64,000 nucleotides of DNA from a virus. The notes beneath the pieces are model-generated. The model made no database searches and had not been told where the DNA came from. It was given only the letters and a program-made list of their open reading frames with translations. The stretch spans positions 12,617-76,616 of IMG/VR virus record IMGVR_UViG_3300042876_000313; one strand, 5' to 3'. Below, in pieces: positions 36,914 through 45,483 of the stretch (position 1 is the stretch's first letter; the number at the start of each line of letters is the position of its first letter). The position numbers were made by a program, and so were the translations under genes.

Positions 36914-36936
36914 ATTCATTTACAAACACGAATGAT

Positions 36937-37446
36937 ATGAAATACTTCCTCAAGGAAATTGTTCAAAACCCAATTCGCACGCACGGCCCGGATGGCAAGC
37001 TGATCGTCTGGGAGAAGCTTGGCCAGCATTACGGGGTTCTGGCCCTGGAAGATGCCGACCCAGTGGCCGCGTTTCTGACTGATCTGGCCGGCAAACACAT
37101 CATGGGCGTGTCCGTAATCACCGCCGAGGGGTACGAGGACTTAAAAAAAAACATGCCCTACGTGCCTCCCAAGCCCAAGGCGCAGCAGGAAATAAGGCTG
37201 TTGGACTTGAACTTGCCCAAGTCGAAGCGATCACCGGAACCCAAAGCGCAGCCCGTCCTGACCCCACCCACCGATCCGTTACAAGAACATGTCCGCGCTG
37301 CCACGGCACGGGCACTTGCCGCCAATGCGGCGGGAAAAGGAAGTGCTACAAGTGCGGCGGTCGCGGCTACCTCTGAGCAGCCGGCCTCGGAATATTTCAA
37401 GCCCAAGGTGGGTCGCCCTCGACTTCCGAAAACTGAAAGCGAGTAA
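36937..37446 (+). CDS. Hypothetical protein
   Basis: ORF with C-terminal KVGRPR. Confidence 0.65.
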   Translation: MKYFLKEIVQNPIRTHGPDGKLIVWEKLGQHYGVLALEDADPVAAFLTDLAGKHIMGVSVITAEGYEDLKKNMPYVPPKPKAQQEIRLLDLNLPKSKRSPEPKAQPVLTPPTDPLQEHVRAATARALAANAAGKGSATSAAVAATSEQPASEYFKPKVGRPRLPKTESE

Positions 37447-37449
37447 CCA

Positions 37450-39084
37450 ATGACGTTCGCCGAACTCCATGCCGCGTCCAAGGCCAACAACTTCCCGGAC
37501 GGCCTGCCGTCGAACCTGCGGAACCAGTATCGCAACGCCGTGACGGACGCCCTGATCGCCGCGCAGAAGTATTGCAAGACCGTGGACGGCGAGGAAGCGT
37601 ACTACCAGCAGCGGCACATTGACCGATTCCCGTTCTGCTCGACCTACTTCAACTGCGGTGCGACGGTGGTGCCGGCCCCCAACGGGCGCGTCTTGGAGGT
37701 CTATACGGTCGTGGACGGCTTGGAGTGCTGCCGGGTGGATTACACGCCGGTCGCCAACTTCTCGGAATTCCGCCAGTGGATCGCCCGGTGGACGGAATCA
37801 TGGACGGAACCGCCGAACGTCGGGATGCCCAAGGTTCAGCCGGGGTTCAAGTTCTCCGAAGCCGTGACCGACAAGGCGATGGGGCGGGCCGGGTACGGCC
37901 ATTACTTCATCCATAACCGGAAGATTTTCATCGGGCCGCGCATCGAGAGCGACGAGATCGTGGTGGTGGAATGGGCTGGGTTGAAGCAATCCTTCGATGA
38001 CGCCGACATTGTGACCGATGACATTGACCGGGAGTTGGCCCGGTACACCGAACTGTACGCCGCCCATGAGGTCTGGTCCCGGTTCATGCAGGACACCCAG
38101 CAGGCCGGGGTTTTCTTCGCCAAACAGCGGGACGCCATGATCGAACTGATTTCTTCGGCGCAAGACAAGCTGCTGGCGAACAAGCGCAAGGCTCAATTCC
38201 CGTCTCCCCGGTCGGTGGGCGGCTGCGGGTGTCTGTCGAACGAGTGCCGGGTAGTTGCCCCGGCGGCGGACTTCGGCGGCGTTACGGCAGCGGCCAACGA
38301 GCGGGTTATCGCGTTCACATCCGACATCCAGAACGAGAACGACGCCTTGCTGACCGAGGAACAGTTGGTCGAGACTCTGATTACCGGGTGGACGCCGGAC
38401 GCCATCGTGTTCGGGGGCGACCTTCGGGAAGGCACCTACACCTACCAGGAGATGTTCACCGACATGACTGGGTATGCGGGGTTCTTGGAGCGCACGGATG
38501 CCGCCACGAACCGACTGTGGCCGGTGCTGGGCAACCACGACTGGACGGATGCTGGCGGGCTGCTGGAATGGTACTCGTACTTCCAGATGTTGCCGAACAA
38601 CCAGCGGTACTACGAATTTGTCGTTGGGGCAGTCCATTTCTTCGCGCTATCGGGGTACGCCTCGGAGCCGGACGGGATCACTTCGACATCCCCCCAGGCC
38701 GAATGGCTGCGGGTCAAGCTGGCCGCGAGCAACGCCAAATGGAAAGTGGTACTGATCCATCAGCCGCCGTACTCGTCATTGGCCGGGTATGACGGCACGG
38801 TGTACCGCTGGCCGTTCAAGCTGTGGGGCGCTGATCTGCTGATTACCGGGCACGTCCACGCCTACGAACGCTTCCTCGAAGCCGGGCTGCCAATCATCAC
38901 CTGCGGTCTGGGCGGCGAAGAACCGCTGGACACGCTGGGCGCACCCATCGCCGGGAGCTTGTACCAGCATGATACAACGCACGGGGCCGTTCGGATGGTG
39001 GCGGGTTGTGACCGGCTGGTGTGCGAATTTTACCCGGTGAACACCACGACGCCCGTTGACACTTTGACCCTGACAAAACCATGA
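37450..39084 (+). CDS. Head-tail adaptor fused to calcineurin-like metallophosphoesterase
   Basis: N-terminal MTFAEL...YFIHNRKIFIGP...LYAA adaptor pattern; C-terminal FTSD, GGD, GNHDW, HQPPY, GHVHAYER. Confidence 0.75.
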   Translation: MTFAELHAASKANNFPDGLPSNLRNQYRNAVTDALIAAQKYCKTVDGEEAYYQQRHIDRFPFCSTYFNCGATVVPAPNGRVLEVYTVVDGLECCRVDYTPVANFSEFRQWIARWTESWTEPPNVGMPKVQPGFKFSEAVTDKAMGRAGYGHYFIHNRKIFIGPRIESDEIVVVEWAGLKQSFDDADIVTDDIDRELARYTELYAAHEVWSRFMQDTQQAGVFFAKQRDAMIELISSAQDKLLANKRKAQFPSPRSVGGCGCLSNECRVVAPAADFGGVTAAANERVIAFTSDIQNENDALLTEEQLVETLITGWTPDAIVFGGDLREGTYTYQEMFTDMTGYAGFLERTDAATNRLWPVLGNHDWTDAGGLLEWYSYFQMLPNNQRYYEFVVGAVHFFALSGYASEPDGITSTSPQAEWLRVKLAASNAKWKVVLIHQPPYSSLAGYDGTVYRWPFKLWGADLLITGHVHAYERFLEAGLPIITCGLGGEEPLDTLGAPIAGSLYQHDTTHGAVRMVAGCDRLVCEFYPVNTTTPVDTLTLTKP

Positions 39085-41120
39085 AATGGGAAACCGTAAC
39101 CGACGCCCCGTGCAATAACGTGCCGACCAGCGCGAGCGACGTGGAGTGCCAGAATCAGGCCGATGGCGATTCACCGGGCAACGGGCCGTATGATGCGCCC
39201 ATGCTGATTATCAAGCCCGCCTACGCCGTGGTGCAGGCCGGGGACACGTTGCAATACGAGACTTTCCTTGTCCAGAACGGCGTCGAACAGCAAATCAACT
39301 CCGGGCTGACGTACACCTCCAATCATCCGGGAATGGCTCAGATCGGCGTCGAGAGCGGTAACGCGGTCGGCCTGGCGGAAGGCACCGTGACCATTACCGT
39401 GTCATGGGGAGGCATGTTCGCTTCGGCTCAACTGCTGGTGGTCGAGTCCTGTTCGGATACCACGACGGCCATGATGCTGCTGATGGACGTTTCGCCTTCG
39501 ATGGGCCAGGCGATGCCGGGGTACGGCACGAAGCTGACCTTCGCCAAGATGGCGGCTTTGCGGATGAGCAATGAACTGAACGTGGCCAAGGACTCGATGT
39601 TGCTCAGTCAATTCGCAGCGGCCTACGCCGGGGTGGTGGCCGAAACGGTGGACAAGCCGCTGATGGCGACGGCGATCAACTCGCTGGCCATCGTCAACAC
39701 GCAGGAAACGAACCTGCTGTCGTCCGTACAATCGGCCTGCCAGGATTTGAACGGAACCGCCGCCACCATCAAAGTGTTGGTGGTAATCACGGATGGCGTG
39801 TGCAAGGAGATCGGCGATCCCACGGTGCCCAACCTGCTGGCGCAGATTGCAGCGACCGGCGTGGTGGTCATGGTGCTGGGCGTGCGTGCGTCTGGTGACG
39901 GGTTCAGCCTGCTTGAACTGCTGGCGACCGGCGGGTTCATGGGCAACGCCTACGACCTTTGGACGGGCCAGAACGCCTTGGACTTGATGAGCGGGCTGAA
40001 AGGCTACCTGTGTGCCGGCGGGTGCAATTCGACCGAGCCGTACACCATCAATCAGGGCGTGGCGGAATACACCGGGTTTGCCAACTGGGATGTCGCGTCT
40101 GGCAAGGTTGACTTGTTCGGGAATGGCTTCATGGATTTCTTACCGGGGAATGGTCTGTACGTCAATCTGGCGGGAATTGGGACTGAGGACGGGCCGCTGG
40201 CGTTCGCCTATCAGTGGGTGATCTCGGCGCTGCCGATGAACATCAACACGCTCGAAGGACCGAACACGCCGTCAGTTTCGTTTGCGACTCCCAAGATCGT
40301 GGACGGCATCCGCGTGCGAACGTCCCTGTACGATTACAGCGGGACGCCAATTTCGGATTATGCCGCCGGGAAGCTCAAGCAGTTCTCGGTTTACGGAACC
40401 AACGGGCCAATGCCAGGGACGCTCATCAAGACGTTCATCCTGGACTGCACGGATGTCGTTGGGTTGAACAACCTCATCGGCCCGGCGTCCAACACCATCC
40501 TGCACCTTGGCAACAACACGGCGTACACCTCGTTCTACATCCAACTCCAAGACGCCTGCGGGGCTGAAACTGCGGTGGTCGTGAACTCGGTTGACTGGTA
40601 CACCAAGGCCGTGGCCAACGTGCCGTCCAACGGGCGGCTGGTTACGAAGGTGGCGGTTGTCTCGGTGGCCAATGCGGAATACTGGCTGACCGTGCGACTG
40701 GCCGGGAACCAGCGGGCGGAAGCGTATGCCGACCAAGTGCGGATTCGCGTGGGGCCGGTGGGCGGCCCGTATGCGCTGGACGAACTGGTGACGGTTCCGT
40801 GGGATCAGCCGTTCGAGAGCCAGGTTTTCAGCTTTTTCGCCGACGTGGTGCCTGAGAATTGGTACGTGTCAATCGAGCAGGTGTCAACGGCGACGGCGGG
40901 CGCGGGAATCCTGTTGGATTCAGTGAAGCTTGAGCAAGTCTGGCCGGTGTCGGCGGATGTGTTCGATTTCGGGTTTGATGCGGAGAACCCGCAGGTCATC
41001 CAGCCGCCGTGCCCATCGGCCTACGCCTACATCTACACGAACTGCGGCGGGTACGGTTGTCTGGACAATCCACCAGGGGCGCAATCGCCCGACCCGAATC
41101 CCCTGCCGAAACTCGAATAA
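39081..41120 (+). CDS. Virion protein with Ig-like (Big_2), VWA and jelly-roll domains
   Basis: YTSNHPGMAQI...GTVTITVS; MIDAS DVSPS, ETNL, VITDG. Confidence 0.75.
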   Translation: MKWETVTDAPCNNVPTSASDVECQNQADGDSPGNGPYDAPMLIIKPAYAVVQAGDTLQYETFLVQNGVEQQINSGLTYTSNHPGMAQIGVESGNAVGLAEGTVTITVSWGGMFASAQLLVVESCSDTTTAMMLLMDVSPSMGQAMPGYGTKLTFAKMAALRMSNELNVAKDSMLLSQFAAAYAGVVAETVDKPLMATAINSLAIVNTQETNLLSSVQSACQDLNGTAATIKVLVVITDGVCKEIGDPTVPNLLAQIAATGVVVMVLGVRASGDGFSLLELLATGGFMGNAYDLWTGQNALDLMSGLKGYLCAGGCNSTEPYTINQGVAEYTGFANWDVASGKVDLFGNGFMDFLPGNGLYVNLAGIGTEDGPLAFAYQWVISALPMNINTLEGPNTPSVSFATPKIVDGIRVRTSLYDYSGTPISDYAAGKLKQFSVYGTNGPMPGTLIKTFILDCTDVVGLNNLIGPASNTILHLGNNTAYTSFYIQLQDACGAETAVVVNSVDWYTKAVANVPSNGRLVTKVAVVSVANAEYWLTVRLAGNQRAEAYADQVRIRVGPVGGPYALDELVTVPWDQPFESQVFSFFADVVPENWYVSIEQVSTATAGAGILLDSVKLEQVWPVSADVFDFGFDAENPQVIQPPCPSAYAYIYTNCGGYGCLDNPPGAQSPDPNPLPKLE

Positions 41121-41152
41121 TCGGCCCCGCAAATATTTCTTGAAAAAACCTG

Positions 41153-41187
41153 TTGACAGGTTGTGTTGCATGTAATATTTGTATTAC
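41153..41187 (+). promoter_or_regulatory. Promoter TTGACA...TGTAATATTTGTATTAC for the glycosylation island
   Basis: Perfect -35; GTAATA-N4-TATTAC inverted repeat; matches 15202-15236. Confidence 0.6.
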
Positions 41188-41192
41188 AGCAA

Positions 41193-41495
41193 ATGAAAAC
41201 ATCGCTTTATGGAATCGTCAAATTGAAGGGTTTTCCAACAAAACCCGGAAAATATTACCGCTCGCTTGGTTGCTACAAAGTCCATGATTTTGTCTTGGTT
41301 ACAAAATCCATTGACGGAAGATTGCTGGCGACCCATTGCGGTGCAAACTTCCCAACTAAAAAACCTGCCACATGTGGATGTAATTGGGTCTTGGACATGA
41401 CTGGAAAATGGGTTTCCGTTTCCGTTTTTCCTTGGGAACTCAACGCCAAGTCCGCCAACGAACTTCTGGAAACCTGCAAGAAACTAACCGCATAA
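41193..41495 (+). CDS. Hypothetical protein
   Basis: PTKPGKYY motif; first gene of the island. Confidence 0.55.
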   Translation: MKTSLYGIVKLKGFPTKPGKYYRSLGCYKVHDFVLVTKSIDGRLLATHCGANFPTKKPATCGCNWVLDMTGKWVSVSVFPWELNAKSANELLETCKKLTA

Positions 41496-42536
41496 ATGAA
41501 ACGCATAACTTTAGTCGCGCCGATAAACACCTACACGGGATTTGGGCAAATCGCGCTTGAGATGTTCCGTAGGCTTGAGCAGCAGGGATATTTCGTGACC
41601 ATTCGCAAGACCGGGTTTTCGGAAGCCTTTGGAGCGCGGGTTCCGCTCGAAGTCAAATCGCGCTTCGTGGCCGGCCCGCAGGCGGAAGATTGGGAGATTG
41701 CCATGCAGTCCTTGAACTACCGCTGCACACCGGGCAAAAAGACGGTCTTATTCTCGATGTGGGAGACGACCACCATCCCGCCGGGAGCAAAGGAGTTGGT
41801 GAACGAGGCCACGGTAATCGTTGTCCCGTGCCAATGGAACGCCTCCTGTTTTTCCGCGTGCGGGGTGACGAAGCCGATCCGCGTTGTGCCGCTTGGAATT
41901 GACCCGAAAATCTACTCGATGAAACTGAACACCAACGCGACTGGTGGGCCGTTCAAGTTTGGCTGCGCCGGAAGATGGTTTCACGGGGCTGAGCGCAAAG
42001 GCATCAACGAGACGGTGGCCTTGTTCCAGCGGGCGTTTGAAGGCAACCCGGATGTTCGGTTGGAGTGCAAGATTTTCGCCGATTGCCCGTCGCCAGAACT
42101 GGCCGATGACCGGATCACGTTCCACAAGGTTTTCTGGTCGGACGAGCAGTTGGCCGCGTGGTATGCGTCACTGGATTGCTTCGTGTCGCTGGCCACGGGC
42201 GAGGGCTGGGGGCTGCACCAGCAGCAGGCGATGGCGATTGGGCGCCCGTTGATCTCTCCAAAGTTCGGAGGGGTGGCTGAGTTCTTCGACGACCGTGCGG
42301 GTTATCCCGTGCGGTTCAACTTGGAGCCGGTGCCGCAGCCGAATCGGTTCCGGTACATTGGTCACTGGTCAAAGTGCGATGACGATTCGGTGATTGAGCA
42401 GATGCGTTATGCGGCGTCTCACCGGATGGAGAGCGAGCAGAAGGGCCAGGAAGCCGCGAGATTGGCCGGGCGGTTTACCTGGGACAACTTCGGCCTTGAA
42501 CTTGGCAAGGTGATGGATGAATTTGGAGTACAATGA
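41496..42536 (+). CDS. Glycosyltransferase, GT-B fold (GT4-like)
   Basis: MWETT, VVPLGID, RKGI, GEGWGLHQQQAMAIGRPLI. Confidence 0.85.
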   Translation: MKRITLVAPINTYTGFGQIALEMFRRLEQQGYFVTIRKTGFSEAFGARVPLEVKSRFVAGPQAEDWEIAMQSLNYRCTPGKKTVLFSMWETTTIPPGAKELVNEATVIVVPCQWNASCFSACGVTKPIRVVPLGIDPKIYSMKLNTNATGGPFKFGCAGRWFHGAERKGINETVALFQRAFEGNPDVRLECKIFADCPSPELADDRITFHKVFWSDEQLAAWYASLDCFVSLATGEGWGLHQQQAMAIGRPLISPKFGGVAEFFDDRAGYPVRFNLEPVPQPNRFRYIGHWSKCDDDSVIEQMRYAASHRMESEQKGQEAARLAGRFTWDNFGLELGKVMDEFGVQ

Positions 42537-42699
42537 ACGCTTTTGATTTCACCCGGTCAAAGCAAGCTGACACAGTATTACCAGTGGGTCGCGCCGTCCC
42601 GCTTTGCGGACAACGGAGAAACGCGATCTGCCGAAACCGGGAGGAAAGGCTGGCGGCTTTTATCCGCGCATCCAGCGTGGCTGCCAGCCAATCAATTTT

Positions 42700-42957
42700 A
42701 TGAACCTGCGAGAGAAATTTAGCAATCCACGATTCGAGCAAGATCACTTTCGAGCGCGACAGTTGGCGAGCGATTGTGACCATGTTCAGTTGACCGAGAT
42801 CGCGGCTCAGGCTTTGATTCTCCATGAGATGCTGCATGAGAACTGCGGAACCACGGATGAATGGCCGCTGGACTTGGTTGCGCGTGACGAGGAATCCGCC
42901 AAAAAACTGGTCGCAACACTTGAAGATTTGCAGGAAGCTTTGGAGGGTAAAATATGA
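42700..42957 (+). CDS. Hypothetical protein
   Basis: ATGA-coupled ORF. Confidence 0.55.
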   Translation: MNLREKFSNPRFEQDHFRARQLASDCDHVQLTEIAAQALILHEMLHENCGTTDEWPLDLVARDEESAKKLVATLEDLQEALEGKI

Positions 42958-43349
42958 ATACCGCTGATAAAATTGACATCATGCAGGCGTACCTTCGTGG
43001 TGCAGAACTTCAAATGAAAGGCCCGAAGGAAAACGATTGGAGCGACTGGCCAAGGGAAGTGTGCAGTGACCCAACGTGGACATGGGGCACGAATGATTAC
43101 CGGATTAAACCGGCATTAGAGTTCGTTCCACTTGGGCCAGACGACATAAATCTAGCAGCCAATGTGGTTTATAAGCACAGGTGCGACCTGGATCAACACT
43201 CCCAATGCAGAATCGGATCAAAAACCACACATGTTGTTTGGATGTCAAACGCCACAGTTGGAATATCGTTTGCGGAGTTGCGAGCCAACTATATGCGCTC
43301 ATTTGACGGCGGTAAAACTTGGGAAAAATGCGAAAAGAAAAAACCATGA
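42954..43349 (+). CDS. Conserved phage hypothetical protein
   Basis: IMQAYLRGAELQ...PTWTW...DYRIKP. Confidence 0.65.
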   Translation: MNTADKIDIMQAYLRGAELQMKGPKENDWSDWPREVCSDPTWTWGTNDYRIKPALEFVPLGPDDINLAANVVYKHRCDLDQHSQCRIGSKTTHVVWMSNATVGISFAELRANYMRSFDGGKTWEKCEKKKP

Positions 43350-44041
43350 CCACCATCCGCGTAATCACCGTCGCCACTCAGGCGAAGAACCCGGTCAGCC
43401 CGCAGAGCTACTTCGAGCAGTTCAAGGCGTCGTGGAAGCGGTTCGGCGTCGAGCCGGTAATTCTGGGCTGGGGTCGCCCATTCCCAACGTGCGGCATGAA
43501 GATCAAGTATTTGGAGGAATACTTGGAGGCCAACAAGGATTTCGACTGGCTGATTTTCTGCGATGCGCTCGATACCGTTACCTGCGCGTCACCGGAAGCT
43601 CTGGTGGCCAAGTTCAAGATGCACTTCTCGGATGAGTGCGTGGTATTCGCGGCGGAACGGAACTGCTATCCGCGCAAGGACTGGGCGACCCTTTACCCGT
43701 CAATCAAATCGCCGTACAAATACCTGAATTCCGGGTTGTTCATGGGCAAGCGCGAGAGCGTGATTGCGAACTTGCAAGCGATGAACGCGCAGACCAAGCA
43801 CGTCCTGAATGACCAAGAAAGCTGGACGGACGCCTACCTTCGCCGCGCTTCAATGTGGCATCCGATTGTCACTGACAGCAGGTGCCGGCTGTTCCAATGC
43901 CTGAACGCGGGGTCAATCAATGACCTGGACTTGGACAGCGAATCGAAAATTCAGAACAAACTGACTCTGACCAACCCGCTGGTATTCCACGGGAACGGTT
44001 CGACGCCGATGGAAAAAATCCTGAAATGGCTCAATTTATGA
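43346..44041 (+). CDS. PLOD/procollagen-glycosyltransferase-like GT-A protein
   Basis: IFCDALD, VFAAERNCYP, YKYLNSGLFMG, NDQ, LFQ, VFHGNG. Confidence 0.8.
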   Translation: MTTIRVITVATQAKNPVSPQSYFEQFKASWKRFGVEPVILGWGRPFPTCGMKIKYLEEYLEANKDFDWLIFCDALDTVTCASPEALVAKFKMHFSDECVVFAAERNCYPRKDWATLYPSIKSPYKYLNSGLFMGKRESVIANLQAMNAQTKHVLNDQESWTDAYLRRASMWHPIVTDSRCRLFQCLNAGSINDLDLDSESKIQNKLTLTNPLVFHGNGSTPMEKILKWLNL

Positions 44042-44535
44042 TCCCACAAACCGACCATTCAATCAGCAAAGATGACGGCGAAATGCTGATGCGCTGGTGT
44101 AAGAATCTTGGCGTCAGAACCGTGCTTGAATTCGGGCCGGGGTACTCGACAAACTTCTTTCTACAAGCGGGGTGCAACGTAACATCCTGCGAGTCGAATA
44201 TACACTGGTTTCAGGAATTTGCGAAGCATCCAGAGTCTCGACTTGTCAATATGGCGAGGTTCTTTGAGAGCGATTTTCCTTTGGAAATTCCAGAGATAAA
44301 GAGCCGTTATTTCGACCTCGCCTTCATTGACGCGCCAAAGGGCGACGTGTTCCCGGCCAGCCGAATCAACACCGCTCTGTACGCCTGGTATCGCTGCGGC
44401 CTGATTGCCATGCACGACACCAACCGACCGGGCGAGCGGTTGACCGTGCGAATCCTGCAAGCGTTGGGATGCCAGATCATCGCGGAGTACAGTGAAAGCA
44501 TTGGCGGTTTAACCCTGTTGAAAGTGAAAGCATGA
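44038..44535 (+). CDS. Class I SAM-dependent methyltransferase
   Basis: VLEFGPGYST, FDLAFIDAP, HDTNR. Confidence 0.8.
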   Translation: MIPQTDHSISKDDGEMLMRWCKNLGVRTVLEFGPGYSTNFFLQAGCNVTSCESNIHWFQEFAKHPESRLVNMARFFESDFPLEIPEIKSRYFDLAFIDAPKGDVFPASRINTALYAWYRCGLIAMHDTNRPGERLTVRILQALGCQIIAEYSESIGGLTLLKVKA

Positions 44536-45212
44536 ACCTAATCACCATGACGGCCTGCAATCGGCCTGAGTACACGCGGCGAGTTCTGGACGCGCTGGCT
44601 AAGTGCCACGGGATTGGACGGTATCAGATTCTTGCGAGCGTAGAGCCAGGGTGCCGTGAAGTCGCTTCATTATTTGATTACGATTATCGAGCAATTTCAA
44701 ATCTAAAGGTGAACGAAACAAAACTTGGATGCTGCTTGAACACCTGTCAAGTAATGGACAAGGCTGCTGATTTGACTGACTTCTGGATTCACATCGAGGA
44801 CGACACTGTTCCATCGCCCGACTTCCTGGACTACATGGAGTGGGCGCGTCACCAGTACGCCGACGATACCCGCGTGTTTTCCATCGCCTCTTACAACCGG
44901 GAAGCCCCGCAGCCAGACGAAATTTACGCCGTCAAACGCCGCAATTATTTCACCTGCTGGGCGTTCGGAATCTGGCGTCACAGTTGGACGAAAGTCCGGG
45001 CCGCCGCAAGGGCTGGCAATGACTCTTGGGCAACCCCAACGTGCAAATACGTTGTCGAGCAAGGATTGGTTGAAGTGTTCCCGGTTTTGAGCCGATGCCA
45101 GAACATTGGCGCGGTCGGCGGCGTCCACGTTCCGAGCGCGGAATGGCACGCGAAAAACCACCATTCCGAACACGTAGCCGATTGTCCTGCTGGCCCTTAC
45201 TTCGAGAAATAG
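44532..45212 (+). CDS. Glycosyltransferase, GT-A fold (GT2/GT13-like)
   Basis: TACNRPEY, IHIEDDTVPSPDF, SRCQNIG..GGVH. Confidence 0.8.
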   Translation: MNLITMTACNRPEYTRRVLDALAKCHGIGRYQILASVEPGCREVASLFDYDYRAISNLKVNETKLGCCLNTCQVMDKAADLTDFWIHIEDDTVPSPDFLDYMEWARHQYADDTRVFSIASYNREAPQPDEIYAVKRRNYFTCWAFGIWRHSWTKVRAAARAGNDSWATPTCKYVVEQGLVEVFPVLSRCQNIGAVGGVHVPSAEWHAKNHHSEHVADCPAGPYFEK

Positions 45213-45215
45213 TCC

Positions 45216-45244
45216 TTGATTTCAGGGGTGATTTGGCTGACATT
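45216..45244 (+). promoter_or_regulatory. Promoter TTGATT-N17-GACATT for tail genes
   Basis: Same -10 as the 18593 promoter; 10 nt before the ATG. Confidence 0.5.
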
Positions 45245-45254
45245 CCCCTTGAAT

Positions 45255-45482
45255 ATGTCAGGCACCACGCCAGTTAAACCTTCTGAATTCCGAGCGTTAG
45301 TCCCGGACGTAAACGATTCGGTCTGCACGGTGCTGCGGAAGTTTTTCAAATTCATGCTGCTGTTCTGGATTTGGTATCGCTGGAAATACGTTTTCGACAC
45401 TGGCGAACTTTCGGACGATTACGGGGACATGGTTTGTGACGCCATTGCCAGTTGCAAGAAAGCCCCTGTCACAGGAGATTGA
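45255..45482 (+). CDS. Stand-alone tail-fibre anchor-like domain
   Basis: Paralogous to the N-terminus of the next gene (P.EF+.L+P...C...G...D+....C....C). Confidence 0.6.
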   Translation: MSGTTPVKPSEFRALVPDVNDSVCTVLRKFFKFMLLFWIWYRWKYVFDTGELSDDYGDMVCDAIASCKKAPVTGD

Positions 45483-45483
45483 T

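Noticed and set aside
42533-42703. 56-aa ATGA-coupled ORF after the GT4 gene
   Set aside because: Coupling at both ends suggests it may be real, but it has no recognisable features, so it was not called
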